Source: Octopus bimaculoides (taxonomy: Eukaryota). From it: DNA of 50,100 nt. The stretch spans positions 36,530,383 through 36,580,482 of the forward strand of contig NC_068988.1 in the NCBI RefSeq assembly GCF_001194135.2, written 5' to 3'. This document shows positions 11,540 through 22,598 of the stretch, piece after piece (the first letter of the stretch is position 1; every line of letters starts with the position of its first letter). The notes under the pieces were generated by a model, which did no database searches, was not told the origin of the DNA, and saw only the letters and a list, made by a program, of their open reading frames with translations. The translations under genes were made by a program, and so were the position numbers.

Positions 11540-11999
11540 ATATTAATAGTTATTGCCAAGCGAACATGGCAGTCCAAAAAATAGGACGAATGCTGCCGTT
11601 GATTAGCTCCAAGAGGCCATCGCCTCTAGCTAGTTATGTGGCAAACGAATCTGTATTCATTATAACCTTCGAGCAGGGGAGGTCAGCCGCTTCCCCTTGC
11701 TGGTCTGGCATCTACAGACTACTTTCGGAGTATTGCCCCTTATCAATGTAGAGCAGCCGAACCCAGCAGGCGTCGCTACTGAGCGTCTGTACGAAGGATT
11801 ATTTACCTAATTTCAGTGGAATACATCCACTGGTTTTCAGAAATAGAGATATCAATATTTCTAAGTCTCTTTAAAGGAGACTACGGCAGCGGTACTGGAT
11901 ATTAATAGTTATCGCCAAGCCAACATAGCTAGCTAGAGGCGATGGCCTCTTGGAGCTAATCAACGGCAGCATTCGTCCTATTTTTGGGACTGCCATGTT
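11540..11999 (-). mobile_element. Small non-coding hammerhead-bearing retroelement (retrozyme-like or PLE pseudo-LTR unit)
   Basis: 28-nt direct repeat (11540-11567 / 11899-11926, 26/28) and 77-nt inverted repeat (11563-11639 / 11923-11999, 75/77). Central hammerhead fold at 11711-11752. Left end abuts (TA)n. Confidence 0.75.
11711..11752 (-). ncRNA. Minimal type I hammerhead ribozyme motif, U3-A8 variant core
   Basis: Minus strand reads UCUACA-UUGAUAA-GGGG CAAUA CUCC-GAAA-GUAG-UC-UGUAGA. Helix I 6 bp, core UUGAUAA, helix II 4 bp, GAAA, GUC cleavage triplet. Helix III is one substitution away from palindromic ACUAGU. Confidence 0.75.
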
Positions 12000-13371
12000 A
12001 TATGGAATGTCACAGGTTAATACCTGCTGCTTGATGTATGTTGCATTCATGTGAAATCAATATTGATATCATTGAATACACGTGTGAAATAAAGAGTTGA
12101 ATGTTGACCTGGTTGGATACATGTGATTTTGCTAAAAGTTTTAGTTCGAACTATCACAGCGCTTGGAAAATGAGGCCAACAACTCAAAATTTATTTCTAT
12201 ATAAAGCCATAACTTTCAAGAAACTTTAAAATGAAAGCGAAACAATAATAAAATCGCTAACAGAGTATGCTGTCCATTTGATGCAAGACAAGGTCGACTT
12301 ATGAACCTTTTATGCTTAGCTAAAAGGATTTACATTTTTTCAGTCAGATGAACTAGAAAATAATGCGTCTAGCTACTCTTTTTAGATACAATAATGTTCA
12401 ACAATATTTTAAACTTTTAGTCATTTTCCAGCCATTTCTTATCACACAGTTTCACACACATTTGCGATAGTAACATTGTTATAAATGATATTGTTCCAGT
12501 TGACGTGTGGCTTCAGGTATGTCGTTCAATAGATATAGATTAAATAAAAATTATTCTCCTAACAGTAAGCGAATCAGACTGTCGATTTAAACTGCATTAT
12601 ATTCTACTCTAGAATAAATAAAACTGACAGTATTTGGCAAATAAGAAAATTGAAACAGGATATTAAAACTTGTCCAAATAAAACATCAACGTCTCGAAAA
12701 CATAATGTAAAGATTAACGATGTAATAATTCGTACATAAAATATAAAAAAAAGAAAAAGAAATTGGGGCTCGTGTTATATATACAATATGTTATTTTTAA
12801 AACATTTTTTTAAATGTACATATGAGACAAGTAATTGAGTTTCAGGAAACTGAGAAGTTAAGCAAGTCTAGAAAAAGGAATTAAATTAACGTTAGAAAAT
12901 GTTTGAATAATCATATATAACTTGCCCAGAGCATTCTAACGTGAATGTGAATTCTTGGAAAGACAGTGAAATTGCTAAACGCGTGTGATTTAACACCGAG
13001 AGATGGTGTTGAATTCAATAAAAATTATATATTGTGTATATCAAAGATTGCGAGAATCGGGAAGGTGTTTAACTGAATACAATACAGAACAGAAGATAAA
13101 GTATTTCTTTGGAAATTTTAACAATAATAACTCAATACGGTTGCGTGAGTCTAAGGCAATGATAAAAAGAATCGTTTAAGAAATGAAAAAAAAAAATTAC
13201 CTGCTGGAATTCGAGATGTACAGAAATTTCTATACAAATATCCTTGACACAAAAAAAAATGGCAGCGCAGCGTAGTAAATGGTTTTATGTATTGAATCCA
13301 GTTTATTTAAGGTTTGCGTTGAACTACACCTTTAGTGCAGTTTACTTTGGATAATAAATTTCTCACATAGA

Positions 13372-13490
13372 CGCAGGCCACAAATTTGGCGGTAGGGTAA
13401 GTTGATTACACAGATCTTAGTTCTGGACTGGTACTAAATTTTGTCGACTCTGAAAAGATGAAAGGTAAATCTGAAATCAGAACACAGTAA
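13372..13490 (-). mobile_element. SINE family A, partial copy
   Basis: gggtaagttgattacacagatcttagttctggactggtactaaattttgtcgactctgaaaagatgaaaggtaaa matches the family 3' half in reverse. Confidence 0.7.
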
Positions 13491-13620
13491 AAACACTATT
13501 CTATATTCTTTCTATGTTGAACGAGGTTGTTTTAGAAAAGGTAGTTTTTTCAAACATTTTCGTTGAGAGTTCGAAGTTATTGCGTTTGAATTTATTTCTT
13601 TGATGCGGTTTGTTCTTAAT

Positions 13621-13830
13621 ATTGGTTTCAAAATTTTGTACACGGGCAACAATTTCGTGGAAATGTGTACGTCGTCCTCCAGGGATAAACTGACACTTAT
13701 GTTTTCATCCCCGAACGGATGAAAGGCAAAGTCGGCCTCGCCAAAATTTGAACTCAGACAGTAAAAACTAACGAAGTGCCACAAAGCTTTTTACCTGACT
13801 TTCTAATGATTCTGTAATGTCGCTGCCTTG
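13621..13830 (-). mobile_element. SINE family A, full-length copy
   Basis: Reverse complement starts caaggcagcgac..cagaatc..ttag and contains ctgagttcaaattttggcgaggccgactttgcctttcatccgttcgggg (B-box-like GTTCAAA). Confidence 0.85.
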
Positions 13831-13861
13831 CCCTGCACGTAATATTACTAGTGTAAAATAT

Positions 13862-14075
13862 CGGTGAGCTTGTAGATTTGTTACAGCGCCTGACAAAATA
13901 CTTAGCGGCATTTTTCCGACTTTACCTTCTGAGTCCAAATTCAGTCCAGGTAGACACTACCTTTCATTCCTTCAATGACGAGAAAATGAGTATCATTGGA
14001 GCACTGTCGTATATGTTATCGACTTTTTTTCTTTCCAGATTTGCTGGCCTTGTGCCGTAATTCAAGCCAATATTA
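13862..14075 (+). mobile_element. SINE family A, full-length copy
   Basis: cggtgagcttgtagatttgttacagcgcctgacaaaatacttagcggcattt..ctgagtccaaattc..ctttcattcc..gagcactg..atcgac..gctggccttgtgcc. Confidence 0.8.
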
Positions 14076-14168
14076 CCGGTGTAAATATAGTGTTATATTG
14101 TCACGCGTCATGTAAAATACATATCCATTCTCCTGACTACAGATCTATAAAAATATACCACACAAATA

Positions 14169-14329
14169 GGTGCTGCTGTGTGGTAAGATGGATGCTTCCC
14201 AACCACATGGTACCAGCTTCAGTCTCACTGCGTGGCAACTCGATCAAGTGTCCGACAAAAGCCTTTTGAGTGGATGTGGTAGACGAAAACTGAAAGAAGA
14301 CGGTCGTATATATACATATGTATATATTT

Positions 14330-14362
<33 letters not shown>

Positions 14363-14703
14363 NNNNNNNNNNNNNNNNNNNNNNNNNNNNNNNNNNNNNN
14401 NNNNNNNNNNNNNNNNNNNNNNNNNNNNNNNNNNNNNNNNNNNNNNNNNNNNNNNNNNNNNNNNNNNNNNNNNNNNNNNNNNNNNNNNNNNNNNNNNATA
14501 TATACTTATGTATGTATATATATATGTGTGTGGTTGACAACTGATGCGGGTGTGTTTACGTCCTCGTAATTCAGCGGCAAAATCGATCAATAAAATAAGC
14601 ACAAGTCATACAAAGTCCTGGGGTCGATTTCTTCGGCTAGAACTCTTTAAGGCGGTGCTCCAGTATGGCCGTATTGTAATGGCTGAAACAAGTAAGAGAG
14701 TAA
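14169..14703 (+). mobile_element. SINE family B (tRNA-like head, internal TA/TG microsatellite), spans an assembly gap
   Basis: Head gctgtgtggtaag..gcttcccaaccacatggt..ttcagtctcactgcgtggca; tail ggcggtgctccagtatggccg..ggctgaaacaagtaagagag. Matches the copy at 16641-17036. Confidence 0.9.
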
Positions 14704-15300
14704 CTAAAGGAATGAAAATGATGGGATAAATATCATTCACGGTGATGTGGCCTCTATTCCACGTTTAACTGACGTAAAGCATTATCTAATTATGTACTAT
14801 CATTTGAATTATATTACTTGATTCGTTATGCATATATATATATATATACTACATAGAACAGTTCTAGTCATCTGTTCCATACGACTGATTGCTGGGTACA
14901 TAAATTATATGGCGTAGAAAGGTTTTACGGAACCGAATTGAACCTCATACCTCTTAGCTTGCATCTCCGCAACGTTTATGCATATTGAGTGAAGTAATAA
15001 TTATACGCCATATAATTTATGTAGCTATATACTTCGTGCAGGATGATTTTGAATATATGGCACATTTTATATTTTGCAGTATGAAGTATAATTTTTTTAT
15101 TTATTTTACCAGTGTACTTTGTTCGTTTCATTATACTGAATGGGAAATAGATTGTGACGAGTATGGACTATGTAAGTCATTTCATTTTATAGGCCTGGAT
15201 TGCACTACGTATGTGCGAACTGTGTTGTAATATTAGTTACTGTGCATATATTGTGTGTACACGCATGCATATATGTGTTTGTGCGCGTGCGTATGTGTGC

Positions 15301-15331
<31 letters not shown>

Positions 15332-16149
15332 CGCGTGTGTGTATGCGTGTTATCCCTCTGTCCTGGCATGTAGAACATCTATCGTATAATACCCAAAAAT
15401 GTGATATATATCATATATGTGTAAAATAGTTGCATCGTATTTACATTCACCATACACTTTATGTATAGTTTCTGAAGGAAAGAACCGATCTCATGAAATT
15501 ATCATCAGATTTAGGTTTTATATTTTGTTGAGAGCTGTTTAGCCATTATCGACTGTCATACAGGCTTAATCCAGTTTCTGTTAATTTTCGTTTGGCTACT
15601 CATCGTTCAGCCTACTCAAAAACTAGCATTTTAGTGAAAACACATGATATCTTATACGAACGTCTTTGGCTTAGTTATATTTCAAATGATAGTAGATAAT
15701 TATGCAATACTTTTTTTATTAGACAACAGATATTCAATAATAATTCTCAATATATATTTTTGCTAAAAATGATATTTGTGTATAATGGGTTTGTTCCAAG
15801 TTTCAGTTATTGTTGTCCTGTGTCCTCGTCTAATCAGGTTAATTCACTTACTGTGTACATCTCAGAATACCATGTATATTACTTTAACAGTTAAATATCG
15901 GTATGCAACTGCTGCCTGTCATTTTGAAGGACCTGAAATCTTGCGTCAGCAAAAGATGATGAGTGGCAGTTCGACATTGAGTGACGTTAAGCAGAGATTC
16001 GGGAAAACTAGATATTCCATTCCACAAGATATTTGGGATACGATTATCTGGGATAACTTCCAGAAATTTTCAACTTGGCAACGCTTCAGAGAAAGCATAC
16101 GATATTGATTCTACAGTGTAGTCTAATTGATCTGTGTGGAATGTACCCA

Positions 16150-16400
16150 ATATGCCAAAACACTACAGCAGGCACACATTCACTATCGGAACTTTTCTGA
16201 CTTGTGCAGTTATGTTGAACAGCTAATTTTGAGTGTAGGACGTACTTAGCTATCGGCAATATTCTTCGTAATCATAGCACGTCTCCGCTTTAAACGCACA
16301 GAGATAACCATTTTCCTCCGAAACTCTAACCCTAAATCGAACACTTTCATCTTCGTTGAAGCCTCTACCAGTTGTTTTTCTTTAATTTACAGATGAAGAG
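16150..16400 (-). mobile_element. Possible decayed hAT (Charlie/Buster-like) transposase C-terminal relic
   Basis: Frameshifted pieces KEKQLVEAS.., LEF(R), STSYTQN*LFN and KSEKFR loosely follow QL.ELS..FW..STYLCE..FS..K.K.R. Weak. Confidence 0.3.
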
Positions 16401-16640
16401 ATGTTGAGTGTAATGAGAGAAGTGCTCTTTTTTCTGTGAATTAGTCAAAACATTGCGAACCGTAATGCAAAATGCTGGAATGACTAGAAGTCCTTGATGT
16501 ATGTACAAGGGAGTGCAATAGATTGAAGGAAATATTCGCAGCATATGTTCAGAGTGAATTTCGATATGTGTCGTTCCCGATAGAGTTAAGTTGTTGATTC
16601 GATTCGAGATCCTATACTCTTCTCTTTCAAGATTTATGCA

Positions 16641-17036
16641 TTTACTCTTTTACTTGTTTCAGTCACTTGATTGTGGTCATGTTGGAGCACCGCCTTTGGT
16701 CGAGCAAATCAACCCCAGGACTTATTCTTTTGAAGCCTAGCACTTATTCTATCGGTCTCTTTGCCGAACCGTCAAGTTACGGGGACGTAAACACACCAGC
16801 ATCAGTTGTCAAGCGATGTTGGGGGACAAACACAGACACACAAGCATATACACCCACACATATACATATATATGACGGACTTCTTTCAGTTTCCGTCTAC
16901 CAAATCCACTCACTAGGCTTTGGTCGGCCCGACGCTATAGTAGAAGACACTTGCCCAAGGTGCCACACAGTGGGACTGAATCCAGAACAATGTGGTTCGT
17001 AAGCAAGCTACTTATCACACAGCCACCCCTACGCCT
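16641..17036 (-). mobile_element. SINE family B, full-length copy
   Basis: Reverse complement: aggcgtaggggtggctgtgtgataagtagcttgc..ggattcagtcccactgtgtggcaccttgggcaagtgtcttctactatagc..ggtagacggaaactgaaagaag..ggcggtgctccaacatgacc..ctgaaacaagtaaaagagtaaa. Confidence 0.92.
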
Positions 17037-17526
17037 ATTTGTATAACATGTGTAGTTTATAATTCATTCGTGTTCCCCTCATTTGGTAAAATCCTTTAAT
17101 TTATGTTAAATGTGTCAATTTTAATCTACGTGTCTTGTACCAAAAAGAATATTCTTCATTAATTAAAAAGTCATGTTTCCCATTGTTGCTGTTTTATTTC
17201 ATACGAAGTGTCCCAAGTCACACCCAGACAATTCGAGTAATAAAAGTTGGACATTTTCTTGTGGGTTACATATATTACTAACAATGATACACAGTAGGTA
17301 AAGGAGAGCAGATTTTGTGAACGAAGATTCAGTTAATTTTGTAATATTTCGATTTTGAAAGTGTTTTTGGACACTTAAATTTGACAATGTTTTCTTCTCA
17401 TGTGAGATGTAACCATGAGGATAATTATTTCTGCAGTTTTGATACTTTGGGTTTTTTTCTGGTATGTTTTATATTTTGATAATACTTGATATTATCCCCG
17501 AAGCTCCGATAATCAATGACACAGTT

Positions 17527-17580
17527 GTCGTTTATTATTATTATCATTATTATATTATTATCATTATTATTATCATTATA

Positions 17581-17633
<53 letters not shown>

Positions 17634-17660
17634 TACCATCATCATCATTATGATTATCGA
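17527..17660. repeat. (ATT)n/(ATC)n microsatellite
   Basis: Read directly; it produces the spurious poly-Ile ORF 17464-17781. Confidence 0.95.
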
Positions 17661-17676
17661 TATCATAGGTAGCAGC

Positions 17677-17866
17677 AAGGCGACGAGCCGGGAAAAATGG
17701 TTAGCGGTATTTGGTTCGACTTTACATTCTCAGTTTGCTGTGATCGACTTTACTTCCATCCCTCCGGAGTCGATAAAATAAGTACCACTCAAGCACTGGG
17801 GTCGATGTCGTCGACCTGCCGCCTCCCACAACTAAACTTTTTGGCCTAGTCTTTACCGTAGAAAGT
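17677..17866 (+). mobile_element. SINE family A copy
   Basis: aaggcgacgagccgggaaaaatggttagcggtattt..gatcgactttacttccatccctccggagtcgataaaataagtaccactcaagcactggggtcgatg. Confidence 0.85.
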
Positions 17867-18505
17867 ATTAGTAGTATGTGTGGTGCTGGTAGGAGTATAG
17901 TGGTGGCATCAGCAGTACAAGTAATAGTAGGAGGACGAGGAAGAGAGGGAAATGCAGCGGTGTAGTTTTCCCTTTAAATAGCTAGGTTTGTACAGGGGAA
18001 GACTTTAATTTTGCTATTTTATTTTTCAAAATTCATTAAGTTCAAATATTGCTAAAACGAAATCAAATATATAATACGCATTGGAAAACAATGGAAAAGC
18101 TAAAAATTCACAGAGGAAGCTTTTTGCCAAATAGTTTACCATACTTGATATTTGGCCATTATTTATTTGATAGACAGTTTGTGTTTGGAGAACATCATTA
18201 AACCGGCTAAAAAAATATCGAGCATAAACGAAAGTAAAGAAATAAAGCATCATTAAAGTTATCACAGATTTAATCCCTGGGAACCAATGTCATATATTTG
18301 AAACAACAAAATATTTAACTCTGTTGTTACGGATGTAACTACTGAACCGTTTGTTCATTGGTGGTCTGATTTGGCTGCAGATAAATCAAATTCCTTTAAA
18401 ACCACCTGGTCGGTATCACGCAATTCGCCCATTCATCAAGGTGAAAAACTATCGTTGATGGCTATAAAAAGATTATAGTCCCTCCGGTTCACTAAACATG
18501 AATGA

Positions 18506-18559
<54 letters not shown>

Positions 18560-19356
18560 GTAATACATATGTAAGTGTGTATATTTATATATGTATGTAT
18601 ACACAGTAGCATACAAAGACACACGCATACACAAACTCACGTATCACAAATGCGAGAGTTATTGATTTATGTTCGAAGATATTCATTATTGCTTAATATC
18701 AGAGGACACAATTTCAAATAACTAAAAGCAGCCGTTTGAATTTACTAATGCATAGAGCTGAAATGCACTAATAGACAAACTGCAATATGGATCAGAAATG
18801 ATGTGGAACAATTAGCCAAGCAGCGAATTTAAAATGTCCTTTTCCAGCAATGCGTTACATGGTTTCTAATGTAAAACTTGCTTCAATGAATTTCTATTAA
18901 CAGGGAACGTTTATGATCCATGCGGAAATATGGTTAAGAGATGTTACACAGTATTAAAGAAAGAAATGGACATATAAAAGCCAAATATGGGAAGTAAACA
19001 GTGTCTTTTTGGTAAGATACTTTTAGCCTGTGCATCAATCATATTAATACAGAAGTCATATATCAACTTCATAAATATCTTTGGCGGAAACACATACAAA
19101 GTTACCCATAAGCAGATACAGATGTTTATAGTCATACATAGTTATGCACAGAAAAGTTACTAAAGGATAACTTATTTCAAATATTCATTATGTAAAAAAT
19201 ATGTTACCCGACTGAAATATTGTAGTGATAGTTTTTGAATAAATCAGCGTCCAAACAAAGAAGTTACTTATTCTTTTTGATGGACACTTCGGAAGTAATT
19301 GTTTCAAAATAGTTAGAGCATTCTACCTCTTCCATTATCTTCATACTATTTTTACA

Positions 19357-19839
19357 GAGACAATTGATCATGTTGTTTCTGGTTGCCCAGTCCTCGATTA
19401 AAAGGAGCACCTCATAAGACATGACAGACTAGGACAGTACATCCACTGGAATGCTTGTAAATGCTACAAAATTAAATTCTATGATAAGTGGTACAGGCAC
19501 CATCAAGAAGATGTAGTAAATGGTGAGGGCGTCACCATCCTTTCGAACTTCCCAATACATACAGACAGAAAAATTGACTCCAATCGATAAAACATTATGA
19601 TCAAGGACTACAAAAGAGGAACTTGTCTGTTAATAGATATGCCAGGCTCACAAGATCAAAATACTGCTCAAGGAAAGCTTTCTCACTATAAAGATCTGCA
19701 AACTGAAATCGAAAATATATGGAATCTTAGTACTACGATAATACCAGTTGTGATTGGTGCGCTGAGAATGATAAAGAAGGGTGATGAGGAGTATATTAAC
19801 CAACTTCCTGGTAATCGATCCCAAAGCGTAAAATCGTAA
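19357..19839 (+). mobile_element. R4/Dong-type non-LTR retrotransposon fragment: CCHC knuckle tail plus restriction-like endonuclease
   Basis: One frame, two stops: ETIDHVVSGCPVLD*KEHLIRHDRLGQYIHWNACK..W..H..VILSNFPIHTDRKIDSNR*NIMIKDYKRGTCLLIDMP..KLSHYKDLQTEIENIWNLSTTIIPVVIGAL. This follows the H..SGC..L....RHD / RPD / LID / K..KY.DL / PVVIGALG motifs. Confidence 0.9.
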
Positions 19840-19849
19840 TAAAGCTAAG

Positions 19850-20035
19850 TGAATGTAAAATGAGGAAGTTGGTTTCATCGACCCACTGCATAACTGATAA
19901 ATACTTTATCGATCTTTAGACGTTGAAAGGTAAATTCGACCCCATCATAATTCAAACTCATAATGTATAGACCCGAAAGAAATGTAACTAAGCATTTTGA
20001 CCAGCATGTTAACGATTTGGCAGCGTGTCGGCTTT
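19850..20035 (-). mobile_element. SINE family A copy abutting the R4/Dong fragment
   Basis: catcgacccactgcataactgataaatactttatcgatc..gaaaggtaaattcgacc..ttcaaactca..ctaagcattttgaccagcatgttaacgat matches the family in reverse. Confidence 0.75.
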
Positions 20036-20792
20036 TATGTTTTCTAAAGTAGTGACTAGCAATGAAATACTAAGTGAAAGTACTAGTCGATTATATCCCA
20101 GCATATACGGATTCTGAAACAATACAGGCACTTCTTCTTGGATATTCACTCTTCCAATTTCTTGAACCTAGTACCTATTATGCCTCTGCTTACATATTTC
20201 GGATTTACAAGGAACAATTCTCAATTTTCCTTTCTTCGACACCATCCTTATAACTAAAACGCCATTACCATTATTAATATGAATTTCCTTTTTATTTTCC
20301 TACCTTCAAGGCTATCTTTAATTTTGCAAATTAAGACTATTATCCTTCTTAATCACCTTCGTTCATATCCATGCCTACTCAGTTACACTTTCGCAACTTT
20401 TTTTAGTAAACGTCTTTATCAAGTATTGCTTTGAAATTATAAAATATTTTTTCATACAATTTTATAGAAACCTTGAAAGAAATTTTGGGTTATATTATTT
20501 CAATTATTTTTCTTTTTGGAATGCTTCACAAAAATTCATGTTAAGATATTCTCATTTAATATCATAATTAATATCATAATTAATATTATCATGTTCGTAT
20601 CATTAGTATCATTAGTATCATTAGAATATAATTTTGTTCGTATTTTCATTTATAATTTTATGTTTATTTCAACATACATTTATTCATAATTTCTAGCCAA
20701 ACATAACTACGTTCTCATAATCTCATCTTTTTCTTTTGCATATTACTGACAATATATTCCATCGTGCACTGTAATTATATTTGTCATTAACA

Positions 20793-21005
20793 TAGGCACG
20801 ATGGTAGTGAGAGGGATAGAACAATGTGATGCAGGAAACCTTAGAGCAATTTCTTTCGGTTCTGTTATTTTGAGCTCAAATCACATTCTGGTCTTCTATT
20901 CGGAGTGATAAAATGGAAACACCAGCCACTATTTGTGGAGAATGATGTAAACTAAATCCTTTCTCTTCAAAATCGATGTCTTTACATTAAATTAGAAACC
21001 ATTAA
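20793..21005 (+). mobile_element. SINE family A-related degenerate copy
   Basis: atttctttcggttctg..ttgagctcaaatc..ttcggagtgataaaat..accag..gatgtaaactaaatcctt. Highly diverged. Confidence 0.5.
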
Positions 21006-21029
21006 TGATCTTTTTCCAACATTTGACAG

Positions 21030-21120
21030 CAGTTGAGTCGATTACTACGAATGAAGTACTCGACTTGTAAAGTTTTTTTTATTAACACTGAAATGATAAA
21101 AGGCAAAGATTACCACGGCT
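21030..21120 (-). mobile_element. SINE family A degenerate partial copy
   Basis: agtcgattac..gtactcgacttgt..ttttattaacactgaaatgataaaaggcaaagattaccacggc matches the family in reverse. Confidence 0.55.
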
Positions 21121-21160
21121 ATATATTCTTTTAATAATTATTTCTATTTTTAGACTCTTG

Positions 21161-21362
21161 CAAGGCAGTACGTTGGTCATATTGTTACTGCGCCGGGCAA
21201 AATGCCTAGTGGTATTTCTTTCGCCTTTATGTTTTGAATTAAAATTCTGCCGTGGTCGACTTTGTCTTTCATCCTTTCGATGTTGATAAGATAACTATCA
21301 GTTAAATACTAATGTCGTTGTAAACAATTGACGCCCTCCTCCGAAATTGCTAGCCTTTAAAC
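21161..21362 (+). mobile_element. SINE family A full-length copy
   Basis: caaggcagtacgttggtc..gcgccgggcaaaatgcctagtggtatttc..aattctgccgtggtcgactttgtctttcatcctttcg. Confidence 0.85.
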
Positions 21363-22311
21363 AAGATGTGAAACGCCTATTATACTCCCGCATATTTTAT
21401 TCTCATTTACTTTATCCCTTCCCCTGAATCCAACAATCAGTATTCTTGTAAATGCAAACGATTGATAGTAATTCGATTTCAAATGCATAATAACATTAGA
21501 TTCCGTCCAACTCCCTACATGAGCATGAATCTTCCTCTTTTATCACCACCCTACTAAAACGAAGATTTCTACTTTATTTAAAAAAAAATAAACGTCATTC
21601 ACAGCTACTGTTTATTAAAAGGCAATATATCCATACATCACCCAACATCCATGCATCACATATCTTCAGAAGCATACATGCAGAAACTCACACTCATACA
21701 TACATACACAGTCACTCAGACCATCCGAAGTCATATACGTACAGCTTCTTTTCCACCCTATAATTTTTGAACATTCATAAAATTCACTCTCCATCTATCA
21801 GTACATGAATATCCCATACACATCCCCTTTTACGCAACAAATTTTTGCCGATAACACTTTAGGTTACCCATATGTCTATAAATTAATACGTTCAGCTGTG
21901 AAATCTGTATTTTCCAGTCAATTTGTTTTCAGCAGGACCAAAATAATTTTAGCATCACTAAACAAATAATTTCAACCAGCTTGTAATCACTCACTTGATG
22001 AATGAGTTCGTGAATTTCCAGCAGTGACTCGCAAAAAATATTGCCTTGAATTAAATGTTTAATTTCATTTCTCTCTCTCCCTCTCGTTCTCCACACACCC
22101 TCAACTCTCTCTGTAACGCTTTCGCTTTCTCACAATTGGTAGCTATTGTGCCTGAATGCTTGCATGTTAGTGCAAATAAACGTAAATATAAATATTTGTG
22201 TGTACGTGTGTGTGTGTGTGTGTGTGTGTTTGTGTGTGTTTGTGCGTGCGTGTGTGGACATCGGGAAAGAGGGACTGATGTAATGTTATAGATATGCACA
22301 TGACAACAATA

Positions 22312-22450
22312 TCGGGAGAGGTCAGTAAGCTGATTACATTGATCTCAGTGTTCAACTGGTACTTATTATATCGACCCCGAAAGGATGAAAGAGAAAGTCA
22401 TCTTGGGCGTAATTTGAACTGACAACTTAAAGGCGGAAAAAACGCCGAGG
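22312..22450 (-). mobile_element. SINE family A partial copy
   Basis: gattacattgatctcagtgttcaactggtacttattatatcgaccccgaaaggatgaaagagaaagtc..aatttgaact. Confidence 0.85.
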
Positions 22451-22549
22451 GGATCTAACCCTGTATGCTATAACATGTATTATATGCCTATTATCTTTTC
22501 CGGGAAAAATTACTTTTGCAAGAGAACTACTCACACACATGTACAAGAA

Positions 22550-22598
<49 letters not shown>

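Noticed and set aside
11540-11999. Interpretation as a DIRS-type element (ITR plus ICR) or a recombinase-invertible switch
   Set aside because: The 28-nt block is a direct repeat rather than complementary as a DIRS ICR would be, and no tyrosine recombinase is present. The hammerhead plus (TA)n end fits a PLE or retrozyme origin better.
15776-16108. 110-aa ORF with an upstream acceptor-like ctttaacag, a possible host exon
   Set aside because: No recognisable domain and no partner exons; the neighbouring sequence looks like hAT debris on the other strand.
14169-17036. tRNA-like A/B-box sequences at SINE heads
   Set aside because: They continue into SINE bodies and lack a full cloverleaf; these are not tRNA genes.
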